Below are positions 34,738-62,650 of a stretch of DNA of 64,000 bases, one piece after another. Origin of the DNA: Lingula anatina. Its lineage: Eukaryota; Animalia; Brachiopoda. The notes under the pieces were generated by a model that had not been told where the DNA came from, made no database searches, and saw only the letters and a program-made list of their open reading frames with translations. Location: assembly GCA_051362555.1 (NCBI GenBank), contig CM120640.1, positions 26,212,225 to 26,276,224 of the forward strand. Direction: 5' to 3'. Position 1 is the first letter of the stretch; each line of letters opens with the position of its first letter. The position numbers and the translations under genes were made by a program.

Positions 34738-36271
34738 ACCTGGATCTCAGGGAGGACAGAATCTTCATTTTGCTATGAAAAAACAGAGAATTGAAGTCAT
34801 TTCCAAGTCTTTGACAACCAGAGTGAAATCCTTCTGCAATAACATCAAGAGCTTCAGAACTAAAATAGTTCTAGATTTCTCTGTGCTTCTGACAGATTTA
34901 ATGAAAAAATTATCTGGCTTATATTTGGAACAGCATTTGTAGAATATTTATTTATTTCTATGTTCTTTGAACATGTGATTGTAGTTAGACTTGTGTTTAA
35001 ATTCAACCATCACCGTGCTTGTTTCTTCATTTCCCAGTACTTCCCCCCCCCTTCCCACATTTTTACTTGTACCAAGGCAATGACACATCCCAAAGCAGAT
35101 GCAATATTTTGTTCTTCATGAAAATGCAATTTTGTCAAGGTTATAATTATAACAGGTGTATTTCTTCATTGGAATTGATATGCTTGTAAATGGCCACTCT
35201 GAGCTGAGGATATTAGTGTGAGTTTATTTTTTTATTTGTAGTTTGCTTTATCTTGTATTGTAAGAAAGGTGAACCTTTAATAGCATCTTAGTATTGTTTT
35301 CATTTTTTTTTCACCTGTAAAGAACTAGTGCAATATCCTTGTGTCCAGACAAAATTGTAAAACCTTTTACTTAAGTCATGTGCACATTATAAATTCACAG
35401 TTTTCTTTTTAATGTCACATTAAAGTGTGTTTGTGAAAATGATAATGTACTCAGTGATAATATATAGCTGGTATGAATGTGTAATAATAAACCTTAAATG
35501 TGTACCTTTGACTTTGTGAGCTTTGCTTTTGCTCAAAGAAACAGTATATTTTATGGTTAGTATATAACTGCCATGTAAATTGTAAACATGCTATTTCAGA
35601 TTACTGTCATAAGCGGAAGGTTTGTTTATTAAATATGACCTTCCATCTTAATTTGGACCGTACATGATTTGGCAATATTTTAATACAGATGGTTTAACTT
35701 GTGTCATGCTTATTGTGCTTAATTGACAATTCCCTGTTGACAAAAGGTTTTGAATGGAAGATGATAATTTAGAAATGTTGGTATTATCCATTCTATATGT
35801 TGTATACAGCCTACAGGTTGGTACCCATTTTGCCTATAATTGAAGAATTAGGATCAAATTATTATCTGCTTCCGTGCAACATTTTGTAAGAAAATAAACC
35901 ATTTCAGTCAAAATGATATTATTTTGTATTTTCTCAGTATTATTTGCATTTTTTAAAGAGGTATTCTCTCGATTCAAAATGTTATTTCTACTTTTTGAAA
36001 CTTGAAGTGCTCGTGGTACATGCCTTTATGTTAAAAATGTGGACATCTGAAGAATTTGACTCAAAAGAGGTGCTTGAAGCACACTTAAATATGAAAAATG
36101 TGGACTCCTGGTAAATTTTTCTTATGTGCTAGATGTATGTAATTACTCTATATTTTCAATGTGGGGAAATTGTGAATTTTACAGATACTATTTTTAAGTC
36201 GTGATTTCTTAAAATTAGAACATTCCCACTGAATTGTAGAAACAAATTTAAAAGGTAGGCTACTCTATAGT

Positions 36272-36405
36272 CACTGATGAGACTTTTCCGACTTTTGTCG
36301 GAATTCTGACTTTATCAGGGTCACTTGGGTCATTCTTGTGAATCGTATACCCTGGATCCCCGGTCAATTTTCCTACTTTTTCAGTGAGGACTGGTCTCAT
36401 CCCTG
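36272..36405. mobile_element. Short MITE-like element with 5-bp TSD (ATAGT)
   Basis: Ends CACTGATGAGAC / GTCTCATCCCTG (imperfect 12-bp TIR). ATAGT at 36267-36271 and 36406-36410. Internal TTCCGAC-tttt-GTCGGAA hairpin. Confidence 0.55.
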
Positions 36406-37500
36406 ATAGTTCTCTTCTATACATTAAAAGCACCACAAATGTGACATAGAAATATGATTTTTGTGACTTTAAAATTATGTACTTGAAAGTTAAAGCATTT
36501 TTGCCCATTGAAAAGATCTGAGTCATTATCATGTTTGTGATACTGTTAGACACGGGTTGGTTACAGAGTTTGTCATAGTTAACAGAAGGTGAGAGGCTTG
36601 AAGGTCTTGAAGTTGACAGTGTGCACTTTTCCACAAGGTACGCCTACTAGGCTAATGCTATATGCTAAAGCCCTAATGAAAAATTACGAAGCAATAGCAC
36701 AGTTATGATCAAGGCATGTGTATGTTATTTTTGTAAAATTTTGATTATTAGGTTTCTTTGGTTGTAAAAATAAATATGTACATGCATTTTTTGATAAGTC
36801 TTCAAAGGTATTCTTACATAAATGTTAGTGATTGTAGGCTTTTTAAAGAAAATTGATTAATATTTTTCACATATGTATATCCTGATAAAATTCTGATGAG
36901 TTGCTGTTGCTGAAATGGTGCACCAGAAGTGAGAACCTGAAAACAGGACTGCTCGCTGCTATTGATTCTTTACAAAGCTGAAAACGTGGTTAGGCCTATA
37001 TTCAGCTGAAAAACACTGCCATTGTTTTGTGTAAATCTTCACGTTCTGCTTTCATCTCGATCGGTAAATTTTAGAACCACAAAAAAGACCACGCTAGCAA
37101 CCACAGTTGTTTGTGGGTAGTTTGATGCCCGTTTCGATTTTTATTGAATTTTGAACGCGTGACTTGTAGTAGCGCCGAGTTTTTGTTTATCAAGCTTCCA
37201 TTAGTAACTAGTTTACGTAGGTCAATTTTTGATAGATTTGTTTAGAAATACTTTAACCGATTTTTTGCAATTTGGTAGACTATTGTGGTATAATTCTAAA
37301 ATCTGTTACTTGTGCCTTTTAGGTCTTTTAGATCGTTCAACGATCAACTTGACAAAGCGCGTGAATCCCGGTTTATTAGTCCTTTTGGACGCAGTCGAGC
37401 TAGCCCCAGGAAAAGGGGCTATACATCAAACTATTTAACCTCTTAGTTAATACTGTGGGTGATTTGACAGCAGATTAAAAGATTTGTTTGACAAGCTGTA

Positions 37501-37584
37501 ATTGGCGCGGCAAATTTCACAAAATGACGTCAAATTGGGGAATCCCTTCTCGATACGCATGCTCACTTCAATTTCATGACGTCA
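37501..37584 (+). promoter_or_regulatory. CaMKIV proximal promoter: two full CREs flanking an NF-kB site
   Basis: TGACGTCA at 37525-37532 and 37577-37584, GGGGAATCCC at 37537-37546, ATTGG and E2F-like TTGGCGCGGCAAA at 37501-37514. All lie 100-180 bp upstream of ATG 37683. Confidence 0.65.
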
Positions 37585-37682
37585 CGCATAGTGAAGCAAC
37601 AACAAAACCCTGAACACGCACTAGACTGATCGTAAGACTCGATATCCGGTGAGAGCGCAAGCAACAGAAGAAACTAACGATT

Positions 37683-52770
<15,088 letters not shown>

Positions 52771-55018
52771 AACACAATCTGTTTAGACAACTTGCAAACA
52801 TGTACATTCTTGGTCTTTGTGAAGAGTATGGAAAGAACAGTGTGCTCTTAACATTGATAGGGTTCATAAAACTTGGCCTTCCAAATCTTTTATATTCAGT
52901 GAGACAGAAAGGGAAGAGGTATATATCTCACTGTGTTGCATTCCTCAAAGTTATCATATATTTTGTGGCATTGAGAATACAGAACAAACTATTTACACAC
53001 AATTTTGCACTGAAATTTGATGGAAATTAATACATATAGGTCTGCTTCGTAGAATATCCTTACGTGTTGAAAGAATATCAGAACATTTTCAATAGGAATA
53101 CAAATAATATCATTTCTATTGTAATGATATTATTGGCATTGTTTTTTTTTTCTTGTTCATTACATCCTGCAGAACCTTTTATGATTGAAATAAATCCAGT
53201 ATTATTGGCATGATGGAAGATTTCACTGATGCATAATCCCAGCTCTGTGATTTTGCATTTGGATTGAATAATCCATATCTTGTTCTTAGCCAGTTAGTTT
53301 GGATTGATGGTAAAGTTATGCAGCTATATAATCTTTGTAACTTTCCACAATATCAGGCACATTCTCCATTCTCATGCAGATCTGTTAATCTATAATTTAA
53401 ATATTTAGATATTAATGTTATTGTACTGTTAACTGCCCCCCCCCCCCCCCCCCAATTTTGAATGTTGTGAAATTTGGCAATCATTCTAACTGTTCTTTGG
53501 TTTTTGTATTTTGACGCTTCCAATCAATCATCTGATCAATTGTTTATTGCAAGAATGACTAAATGTTTTTTTTTCTTTTTTGCATTTCAATTAAATGCGT
53601 TATTACACCATAATAAACTATTTTCAGATATCTCATTCTAGAAGCTAAGCTTTTATTTAGAATAAAGAATTTCACTATTTATACATGTAACTTAATTCTT
53701 AACCTACTATCACTTTATCTTGGCTCTTTTTGTGCATCTTTATATGTATATGTATACTTGTGAATATCCGTCCAAAGAATAAAGCAGGCACCGTGGTACG
53801 TGTTGTGCTGCAAATGTAGTATACAGTGTTTTGCTGTAAAATTTAATTACTTTCAAGTATTTTCATTCAATTTTGTTTTGGGTGTCTTGCTCTTAAGTTT
53901 TTTGTCATAAGCAGGGCAAAGCTTCAGATGAGATTTATATCAAACATATTGCATTAACATAGCTTATTAACCAAATACTTAGATCTTGCAGCAGTATTTG
54001 TTTATATATTATCATCTCATATCACAGTTATATTGAAAACCATCTGTCTTTGCAGTCATCTAAAACTATTCACCATTCCATGATAAACTGTCACAGCTTT
54101 AGTGGTATAGTGTACATATTGTTTATTTGTCAAATTTTTTGTGAAATGTAATTATGCTTAAGGAAATAAAGGATTGTATATAAAATTTATGGATATAAAA
54201 TGTAAAACATTTAATAACAGTAAAAAATAAAACAAATAAAAAAATAAATCTGCTGTAAAATTTGAATTGTAACTTATTATGCAGCAGAAACAATTATATT
54301 AATAAGTATAATTACCTATAAACAACAGAGCAGGACAACAAATGAGATCACATCAATTAAATAAATACTTTGGGGTTTGCATTTAAATGTTAAGTTCTGA
54401 TTAGTTTTCTCCAAAAAACAACTGGCTGTAATAAATTGTGTGGTTGGCCCTAAGAGACATATTTCTGATGCAAAGTCCTAAACAATATAACAGACAATGT
54501 AGTAAAAAAAATCTTGTCATAAACAATTCTCAGGAATCTATATAATTGTTTATTATAAACAATAACACTAGCATAACAACATACTGAACCTAGAGTAATT
54601 CCCTTGTAAAAGGGGTGAACTCTGTGACCCCAAATGTACCTTTTATTCTAACCTCCAAAAGTTTTTTACATTTAGACTGTGTAACAGTTATGCCATCTGA
54701 AGAACTGAAATAATTACACACTCCCCTGATTTTTCCTCTAAACTATGTCCTCATATGCAAAGATTTCACAATGACATCCTTCACACCAGAAATTACTATT
54801 TTTCCATCAAGAAATGACCAGTTCCATTATAATTGGTTTTAATGAAGTAACTTCCAATCACTTTATACTGCAAAAAAAAATAATAATTAAATAAATAAAT
54901 AAATAAAAATAAAAAAAATTTAAAAAAGCACCATCTTGCATAACTCCTGCTTGAGAACCCCATCATATGTAGCAGACATTCTTTTGTGAAATTTGAAAAT
55001 GCTTTGTAAGGCATACTG

Positions 55019-55887
55019 TTAACCAGCCATCACTGCATACATGAATAAAGGCAAGACAAGGTTGTCTATCTGTGTTGTCCAGGCCTCTAATAGAGAAGTT
55101 AACGCAATTCCAATTACAATCTTGTTCAGAACCAGGCTGTCAATTAAATGGCCATGACCAGATGGGGTCAAATTTGGATCAACACCTGAAACAGGAAAAA
55201 AAATGATAAGAACATTAATTTTTAATATCATAAAGCATGTGTGAAACTAGAGGTGGACAAGATGGGTTGGGGGTAAAACTATGAGTACGGCTCATGCTGA
55301 TGGTACACAAAATTAAACGGTACACTTACACTCATGTTAATTCCCATTACAAGATTCTTTTCATTCAAATGATCAAAATCAACCAGTTTTAGTTTTTGTA
55401 AGCTGTTAGAATGTTAAGTAGTCACTGATAACAATGTCAATGCATATTTGGTAAGAAAACAAAATGCTCAACTTACCAAAATACATGAGAAGTGCTATTG
55501 CTGCAATTTGGGCTACAAAAGCTGCTGCTGTGCCCTCAACACTTTTTTCTGAGCCTACTCAAGTAAAACATGAATCAAAACGTAAACAGAACATAATAAA
55601 ATCAATGTATAAATGGCAATCAGGATTTTACATAAATATAATCATTCAGTTTAAATATTTAAATTGATAGATTAAGATAAATAAAAGGTCCTGTAAACTG
55701 TTGGCAGACAAAAGTGTTTTAAACAAAAGGTAATAAATTATTCACAATCCACAAGAAAATTTTATCTAGAGTAATTTGATAAGGGTTACTGCTGTAAAAT
55801 GAAGAGATCTAAATAAATCAAAACAAAAATGAGCTATTGCTGTAACTAATAACTTAAGGTATTTACTATTTAATATTGGATGAAAAA

Positions 55888-55918
<31 letters not shown>

Positions 55919-58900
55919 ATCATATATATACCTGCCCACTTAGTTTTACCAAAAGCTGTTCCAAAAACTGATGCTACCATGTCTCCAATTCCAAGTGACA
56001 AGACTCCGCTATACAGGGGAAGGTGGTTAGCTGCAAGACATATTTTTAAGACAAATAACTCTAGCACAACAGTTCATACAGCACTAACTAACTAATTAAC
56101 TAACTCTAGCACTAACAATTTATCCTTTAAATATTACCATACACCTTTCCATTAAAAAAAGTAAAAATAAATTGCCATTGTGATTAAAATGAACTTGTAT
56201 TTACAAACAAACAAACAAAAATTATGTTTGGTACATTTTTTTTTTACAATCAGGAGGATCACTGTAAAACAGATTCAATTTTTACAGTACTGCATTGCAG
56301 GCATCAACTTACCAAAGTTTAAATCATAAGGAGATATCCATAATGACAGGGAACAGCCTACTAATAAGTAGATATGAGTGAGAATTATCTGCCCTCCGTC
56401 TCTTTCATCCAAGAATACTTGTAGAAAAATATTCAGTATTTCACCAAATGGATATACACATAGAGTTCGTATTGACTAAAAGAGAATACATAGACTAAAT
56501 CAGAACTGCAACTTCATTTGGAATTTTAACATTTTTTCATACCTATAAGCAATGATTTTTAGGCCCTGGTTCTATGCAAACTATATAAAGTTACTTATAT
56601 TAATTGTCAAAAAAAATTAATAAAAATGTATTACATTCCTTCCCCATATTTAAACAGATTAAGTACTATGGATATGTTTCCCAAAAGTTGAATAGTAATG
56701 CAACGCACATGGACTTCACAGTAAGTATATCATATAGCTGTACATACCTCTAATAATACAAATACACAGAAAGCCCCAATGCTGGCCAGGTATAAAAATT
56801 CAGGGTCCCATAACAGCCCAGGTAGATAAACACATACTGCTATGATATGAAAATATTTCCTAACCACTGTAGTGGATGTTTTCTTTTCATCACTCTTTTG
56901 ACAGTTATTCTGGTATATCACAATTAGGACTGCTATCCCTGACATGACTAGCCAGTAAGCAAACAGGAATCTCTGGAAAATAGAATTAGATACTATAATG
57001 ACGATTTCATATCAATGTGTGCTCTTTAACTTACTGATAATACTTCATTTAAATAACAATCAGCCCAATATGAGATTTCTCCTTGTTCTTTTTTCTTTAA
57101 AGTTTGTGAATCATCTTAATTTCAATTTAATTTCCACTCAATATTTCAAAAATTTGTGAATACACTCTATACCTTAAGTGAGCTGTAAAAAATGTACTGG
57201 TAGAGCCACATGAATAGATTGTCTTGAAGCACCAAATATAGTCCAGTGACTGCCCCTATGCTGACTAACAATAGCGTGAAATAAAACCCTCTGGTAGTTT
57301 GTAGGACAGGAAATAATCTGAGCAACAGGACTAAAACTCCCACTGACATAACAGCAACCTAAGGAACAATTAATAATTTAAGAGTCTCAGGTATTTGTTA
57401 TTACTGTAGTTAAGTATAAAATAATTATACTTTTAAGGAGAAACTTATTGTTTTCTAGTAATAAAAAAAACTGTCACTCATATGTATTTATCACTTAATA
57501 AAATTTCAATTAGAACTAATAATGAAAAACCCATTAAATGATAAGTACAGTATCCAGATAAGTAAAGACAAGTACAATGTCAACACATACCATAGTTATA
57601 GTGGACACATTCTGGTCATTAGCTACGTTAAGATTCTGAAATTCAATTGTAATGACATCAAAGCAAAATTGATTTCACATGTTCATAGCAAAGAAATACA
57701 TTTTCCATCAGATGTTCTTGGAACCCAAGATTGTACCTTCACTTTAGGATTGTGTACCAGCCACGATTTTATATTGGTTTGTAAACTGAACTACAAATAT
57801 TCTATAAAGTGCATGGTGCCAAAGAGTACACAGAAACACGAAAAAAGAACCTAATTTTAAACAGTAAAGTATTATGATTGTCATCCTCATCAAAAGTTAT
57901 ACATTACAATATCATAAGTTCTTACCATATAAACAATTTTCAGGAACACCTTGTTGACAAACAGCACTAGTGACTGGGCCACTATTGTTGCTTCTCCAAA
58001 GGTAAAACTCTTGGGTAAACATTTTGGGAGTTTCAATAGCAGAAAGGTGTAAAGGATGGGGCCAAGAATTCCTATACTAAGAAGAATAACACCAAACTTC
58101 CCTGAAATGGAAGTAAAACAATGCTGAAAAGACACTTTGAATTCCCTACTACAACCTGGGACATATGATGAAACATTATTTTTCAAAATATACTTTCTAT
58201 CATAATTTGTTAATACTTTTTCTCATATTAAATTTTTTTAAAGTCATCCATACATCAAATAACAAACATAAAAATAATAACAAGACATATGTATTTTATA
58301 ATAATAACAAATGAAAATACCAATATTTTGACTCAACATTAATTTTTTATATCTGAAATAACATTCTTCAAATGTCCCTCAACTGTGTGTACCTTTGAAC
58401 AAAAAATATGGCACAGCTGTCCCTACAATACTGGCTAAGCACACCCCAGGGATCAAGTCCTTCCAGATTCTTTCCAGGTGTACATTGTCTGTTTTTGTTT
58501 TTGACAGTGACAGTTTTCTCACTTTATCACAAAGTATGTGAATGGTTAATATGCTGCATATTAAAAATGATATGTTGAGACTAAGTCCCACTGCTGCATC
58601 CAGTCCTAAAAAACAAACAAGGACAGTTTATATAAAAGTAAAGTTTGGTACTCATTGACCCTCTCTCAAAACTGAAAAGATTATGATGATACAACTCATC
58701 CTGCCTATGGGCTTCTTTAATTCCTTCCAACCAACAGTAGGCTTTCAACATTTGACAAATGCAAGAGATTTTTAAAAACCTTTTACCCTACAGCTATAAT
58801 ATCCATTGATGATTGTAAATCATAGTATTTTAGTTTTGAACATTTTCTTTAAGCCAGACTTAATTCTGTGTCTTTTATACCTGAAACCTTAATGTCATTA

Positions 58901-60535
58901 CTATTTTAAATGTACTTTACAATAGCTGAACAAATTTTATCAACAATATGAATTAAAATAAAAGGTTAAGTGCTAAACACATTGAACTAAACACACAAAC
59001 ATACAATTTTCTTGCTTCATGCACTCAGTTAAGTTAAAATAAACCATGGTTATATTTGAAATCAAAGAAAATCATAGTTTCTCCCAAATGTAAATTTTTC
59101 CTTTTGGTATTCAGTTTCAAAAGCATAATCTGTTTGACCTTTGGAAAAGATTAGTCTCATAAACACACCTTTGCATGTAATAACAACCATTAGCTTACCT
59201 CCCCTCAGGTTATATTCAGGAAGAACTGTAGCAAGAGGCAGAAGTATGCAACACCACACTCCCATCCCAGCATACTCCCTAAAATATCAAAATTTTTTGG
59301 ATATCAGTTGTACCAATAATTCAAGTACATGAATATGCTCTAGTCTGATGACTGCCAGCTCAGGCCTAACCAACTACCAGACTCGGCACCGAATGATCCC
59401 GAATTTAGCCACTACTTTCCAACCATGCTGGGAATCGTCACTATCAAGTACTAGGCAAGAGCGGTGTAGCAATTGATACACACCTTGAAAACAGGTATTG
59501 TGGACCGATCTACTGGTGAATTCAGAATCATTTGGTGCCGAGTCTGGTAGTTGGGTGAGCCTGCAGCTTCAGCTTGTTTTTCAAGGACTAAGACAGGCTC
59601 ATCTGTGCATTATTGTTTTCCATAAAACTTCAATGATTGATGTCATATCTGTCATGACAATTTTGATGATGGCTTGTGTTCACATTTTATTTCACAGAGA
59701 ATTCACAGGTAAGTTTAAAACGCATTTTAAATCAATATCCACAAATGACAGCATATGATACCTTAACTCCCAACCAGTTAGTTTCTGCATCATTGGCACC
59801 ATGCGATGAAATTCAATTTTCTTGTTAAGTTTGTAGCCACAAACAATACAAACAAGAGCCATTCCTGAAAACATTAATGTCAACATTATTTTTATATTGG
59901 CCATCTACCAATAAAAAGTATAGGATTCCATTTAATTTCAGTTGAAAATATTTAAAATTCATAATTACAGCCTATTTTCATCCTGATTAGTAAGACATTT
60001 AAAAGAATTTGCATTGTTTGAAAAGTTTAAATTTTCTTTTCTTAATATCTTTGCAGAGATACCAAAGACTTAATTCATGCTATATGCATGAATATGTTGA
60101 AATTGCTATATGTGCAAACATTTGGGCCTTTTTCCAACTAAAAAGATAATAAAAACAATTCCCATGTGCGCATTTAATTGGCCTATGCTAAGCTTTGGAA
60201 TAATAAAGCCTTTTTTTACATTGTGCAATATACTTATCTATGATGCAGATTTTTGATCAGTCCTTAAACTTAATATATAATTATGGTATGGTTTTGGTCC
60301 CTTTCATAAGTTCAATTCAAAGTGTCTGGATTAATTAAATTTGATCAGGTTGGAACTGGCCACACCGAGTGTAAGGACACCATTGAGAGGACTCTGATAT
60401 GTTATATCCAGGTTATTAAAAGGACACAAAAGAGGATTTTCGCGCCAAAATTGATTTATCCTGATTTATCCCGAGGTTAACACTACTTTTCCGCGATTTA
60501 CCAACCTTTAATCTATCATTCCCGGCACTCGCCAT
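55019..60535 (-). CDS. DOLK: Dolichol kinase (CTP-dependent, multi-pass ER membrane protein), about 13 exons
   Basis: Exons 60535-60502, 59864-59762, 59278-59199, 58605-58393, 58101-57926, 57790-57737, 57635-57591, 57358-57173, 56972-56748, 56475-56313, 56030-55932, 55554-55477, 55185-55019; the first two and the two small middle exons are less certain. Motifs PKSFTFGEATIVAQ, STTVVRKYFH, FLDERDGGQIILTHIYLLVGCSL, SGVLSLGIGDMVASVFG, KSVEGT, LEAWTTQIDNLVLP. Confidence 0.9.
55886..55920. repeat. (AAAT)n microsatellite
   Basis: About 9 AAAT units next to a DOLK donor site. Confidence 0.9.
59361..59563. mobile_element. MITE with ~45-bp TIRs and 5-bp TSD (CAGCT) in a DOLK intron
   Basis: CAGGCCTAACCAACTACCAGACTCGGCACCGAATGAT... 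pairs with ...ATCATTTGGTGCCGAGTCTGGTAGTTGGGTGAGCCTG. CAGCT at 59356-59360 and 59564-59568. Confidence 0.75.
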
Positions 60536-60571
60536 CGCTCTGTAACATTTTTGGAAAATACAATAAAAAGA

Positions 60572-60653
60572 AAACCTCCGCTTAAGCGGAGGTTTACCAA
60601 CAACCACCTCCAATTTCATAATTGAGCTCTCTAGACTTCCGGATCTCGCGAGA
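60572..60653. promoter_or_regulatory. DOLK promoter, probably bidirectional
   Basis: Perfect TCTCGCGAGA (60644-60653) next to ETS-type ACTTCCGG (60635-60642), 24-bp palindrome at 60572-60595, local CpG enrichment. Confidence 0.65.
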
Positions 60654-60886
60654 TTCTCGTATTGCGACCTAGTTAAAACCAGTTCAAGCTGCCGGGAAAG
60701 GACAACGTGAAACAGGAGGCTCAGTTATGCTGGGAGTCCTTCGAAGAAGCGAAGACAGATAACAAAAAGAAAAAAGAAACAGCCTTTACAAAAAACATGC
60801 GTAAAACAGTGTATCAGCAAATGTACGACAGGCAAGCAATAAACACCGGCGAGGAAGAAGGCAGATGAAAACCTGCTTGGGTGGCC

Positions 60887-61927
60887 ATGGATACGAAGAA
60901 TGGCCTGGCCGCGAAGTATTTACTGGATTTGTGAGTACCATTTACAATAATCTTTGAGATAAGACACCAGTGAAAATATTTATAAGCACAGATATTTATG
61001 TTTATTTACGTGTGTTCGTTGTATATCTTAACGATTGTCAGGCTCGTCTGTCAAAATATGCCATGAAATTGTAACTAATATGAGTGGTATCGATGACAGA
61101 AATTGCAAGTTGTGTTGCTCATATGTCGACTCTGACAGGGTTTGGGTTAGTTTATAGAGCAAAGAAAGTTAAAATAAAAACGGACATGGTGGGAGATACT
61201 AGTCTCATTACATATACATTACAATGACCAGGGCGAATTTTTGACTTACCGAGGGCACATTTCTTGTGCCTCTAACATCTAGGCATACCACAGTAATTAA
61301 GACATATGACAAAGATGCTATTTCTTTAGCCATCTAAATCCCAAAATGAATGTGCAGAAGCTGTTATTGTATCTAAGTTTAACCCAATGTTAAATGGCAT
61401 GTCAACTATAAGTGAAAATAAATAGTAGTATTTTGATTTTATATTTTAAAGACAATTTGTCTCCTTTTTACATTAAAAATAAATAAATCAGAAAGGGGAT
61501 ATTACATGTTTATGTTTGGTACATCACTCTAATGTATTAAATAGTCCAGAGTAATAATTTAGATCATACAATTTTAACTTCCAACCAGTATTTCGGAGAT
61601 TAAACCAATATGAAGTGATCAAGAAACTTCAAAATTAAGTTGTAGTTAATACTAGTGCAGTTGAAGATGACAGTCTAGATAATTTAAGGTGATCATATTG
61701 AGAAAAACGGCATTTATACTTATTTCAGTTGAGTTATATACTTATTTCAGTTATGTTTTTACATAATTTTTCTCAAACTCGATTATCTTATTTAATGTAC
61801 TGTTGCTTTTTTTTTTTTTTTTGGTTGCAGTATCAAGTTAACTTTTTCCTATGGTATGCCTGAACTGGAAGAAGTGCAGATGGAAGAGGAGGAAGATGCT
61901 GAAGAAGAGGGAATTAAAGGATCCTGA
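60887..61927 (+). CDS. Candidate 46-aa acidic micropeptide in a spliced transcript divergent from DOLK (may be a lncRNA)
   Basis: GCCATGG Kozak at 60887. Exon ends at 60930 (GTGAGT); poly-T acceptor opens exon 61831-61960 (GTAAGC); third exon starts at 62669; AATAAA cluster ~63690-63785. Peptide MDTKNGLAAKYLLDFIKLTFSYGMPELEEVQMEEEEDAEEEGIKGS. Several upstream ATGs; no homolog recognised. Confidence 0.35.
61684..61791. repeat. Small inverted-repeat element with an internal 16-bp direct repeat
   Basis: TTAAGGTGATCATATTGAGAAAAA vs TTTTTCTCAAACTCGATTATCTTAT; TATACTTATTTCAGTT occurs twice inside. Confidence 0.4.
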
Positions 61928-62075
61928 TGATCCAAAATGGGACTAAAACATGTCTTTAGAGTAAGCAGAATTTTAATAAGCTGATATTCACTCCTCATAT
62001 ATTAGGCATATAGGTGCATGATTTCTCTTTTATCAATTTTTTTTTCCAAATTGGCGACACATAATGTAAACATAA

Positions 62076-62650
62076 TGCAAGACTCTATTTCCTCCATCAA
62101 CTGAAACGAGCTAAGCTTTACCAAAGTATTGTGCACTCAATTCTAGAATATGCCTGCCCTGTGTGGCATCCAGGACTAACTATAGAGCAATGCAAACTCT
62201 AAGAGACTGACCAAACTCGTGCTTTGAAGATTATTTTCCCTGACCTATACTATGATGAAACCCTGAACCTGGCATATGTGTACTTTAGATAAACGAAGAG
62301 ATCTGTGCAAAACTTTCTTTTACAAAATAACTGAATCCTCTGACAAACTGAATCACATCTTTATTGATCAATCCAATCGTCTCTTAAGATCAAACAATAG
62401 TACCAAAGTGCCACAATTTAAGACCGACAGATTCTGATGCTCTTTTATTCCGTATGCACTTTTAAATTTCCAATAGTATTATGTTGTCTTTTATCCTAAG
62501 TACAATAATTTTAAAGTTCAATTAGCAGTCTTTTAACTCAGTTTTATTCAAGCAAATATTCACTTTATTTTCATTATAATTTTCTTAACACTATGTACAA
62601 CTTCAACCCACTGGGTTGCAATCTTAATAAATTATTATTATTATTATTAT
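62076..62650 (+). mobile_element. Decayed 3' fragment of a CR1/L2-group (Daphne/Crack-like) LINE
   Basis: Translates as ARLYFLHQLKRAKLYQSIVHSILEYACPVWHPGLT...QTRALKIIFPDLYYDETL with stops and frameshifts. Ends in AATAAA plus a (TTA)n tail. Confidence 0.75.

Noticed and set aside
36260-36634. 124-aa minus-strand ORF as a small gene between TNKS and CAMK4
   Set aside because: Its most protein-like part coincides with a TIR/TSD-bounded element (36272-36405); non-ATG start and no domain.
61048-61140. Possible C/D-box snoRNA in intron 1 of the right-hand transcript
   Set aside because: A CTGA and a short terminal stem are present, but there is no proper RTGATGA C box at the 5' end.
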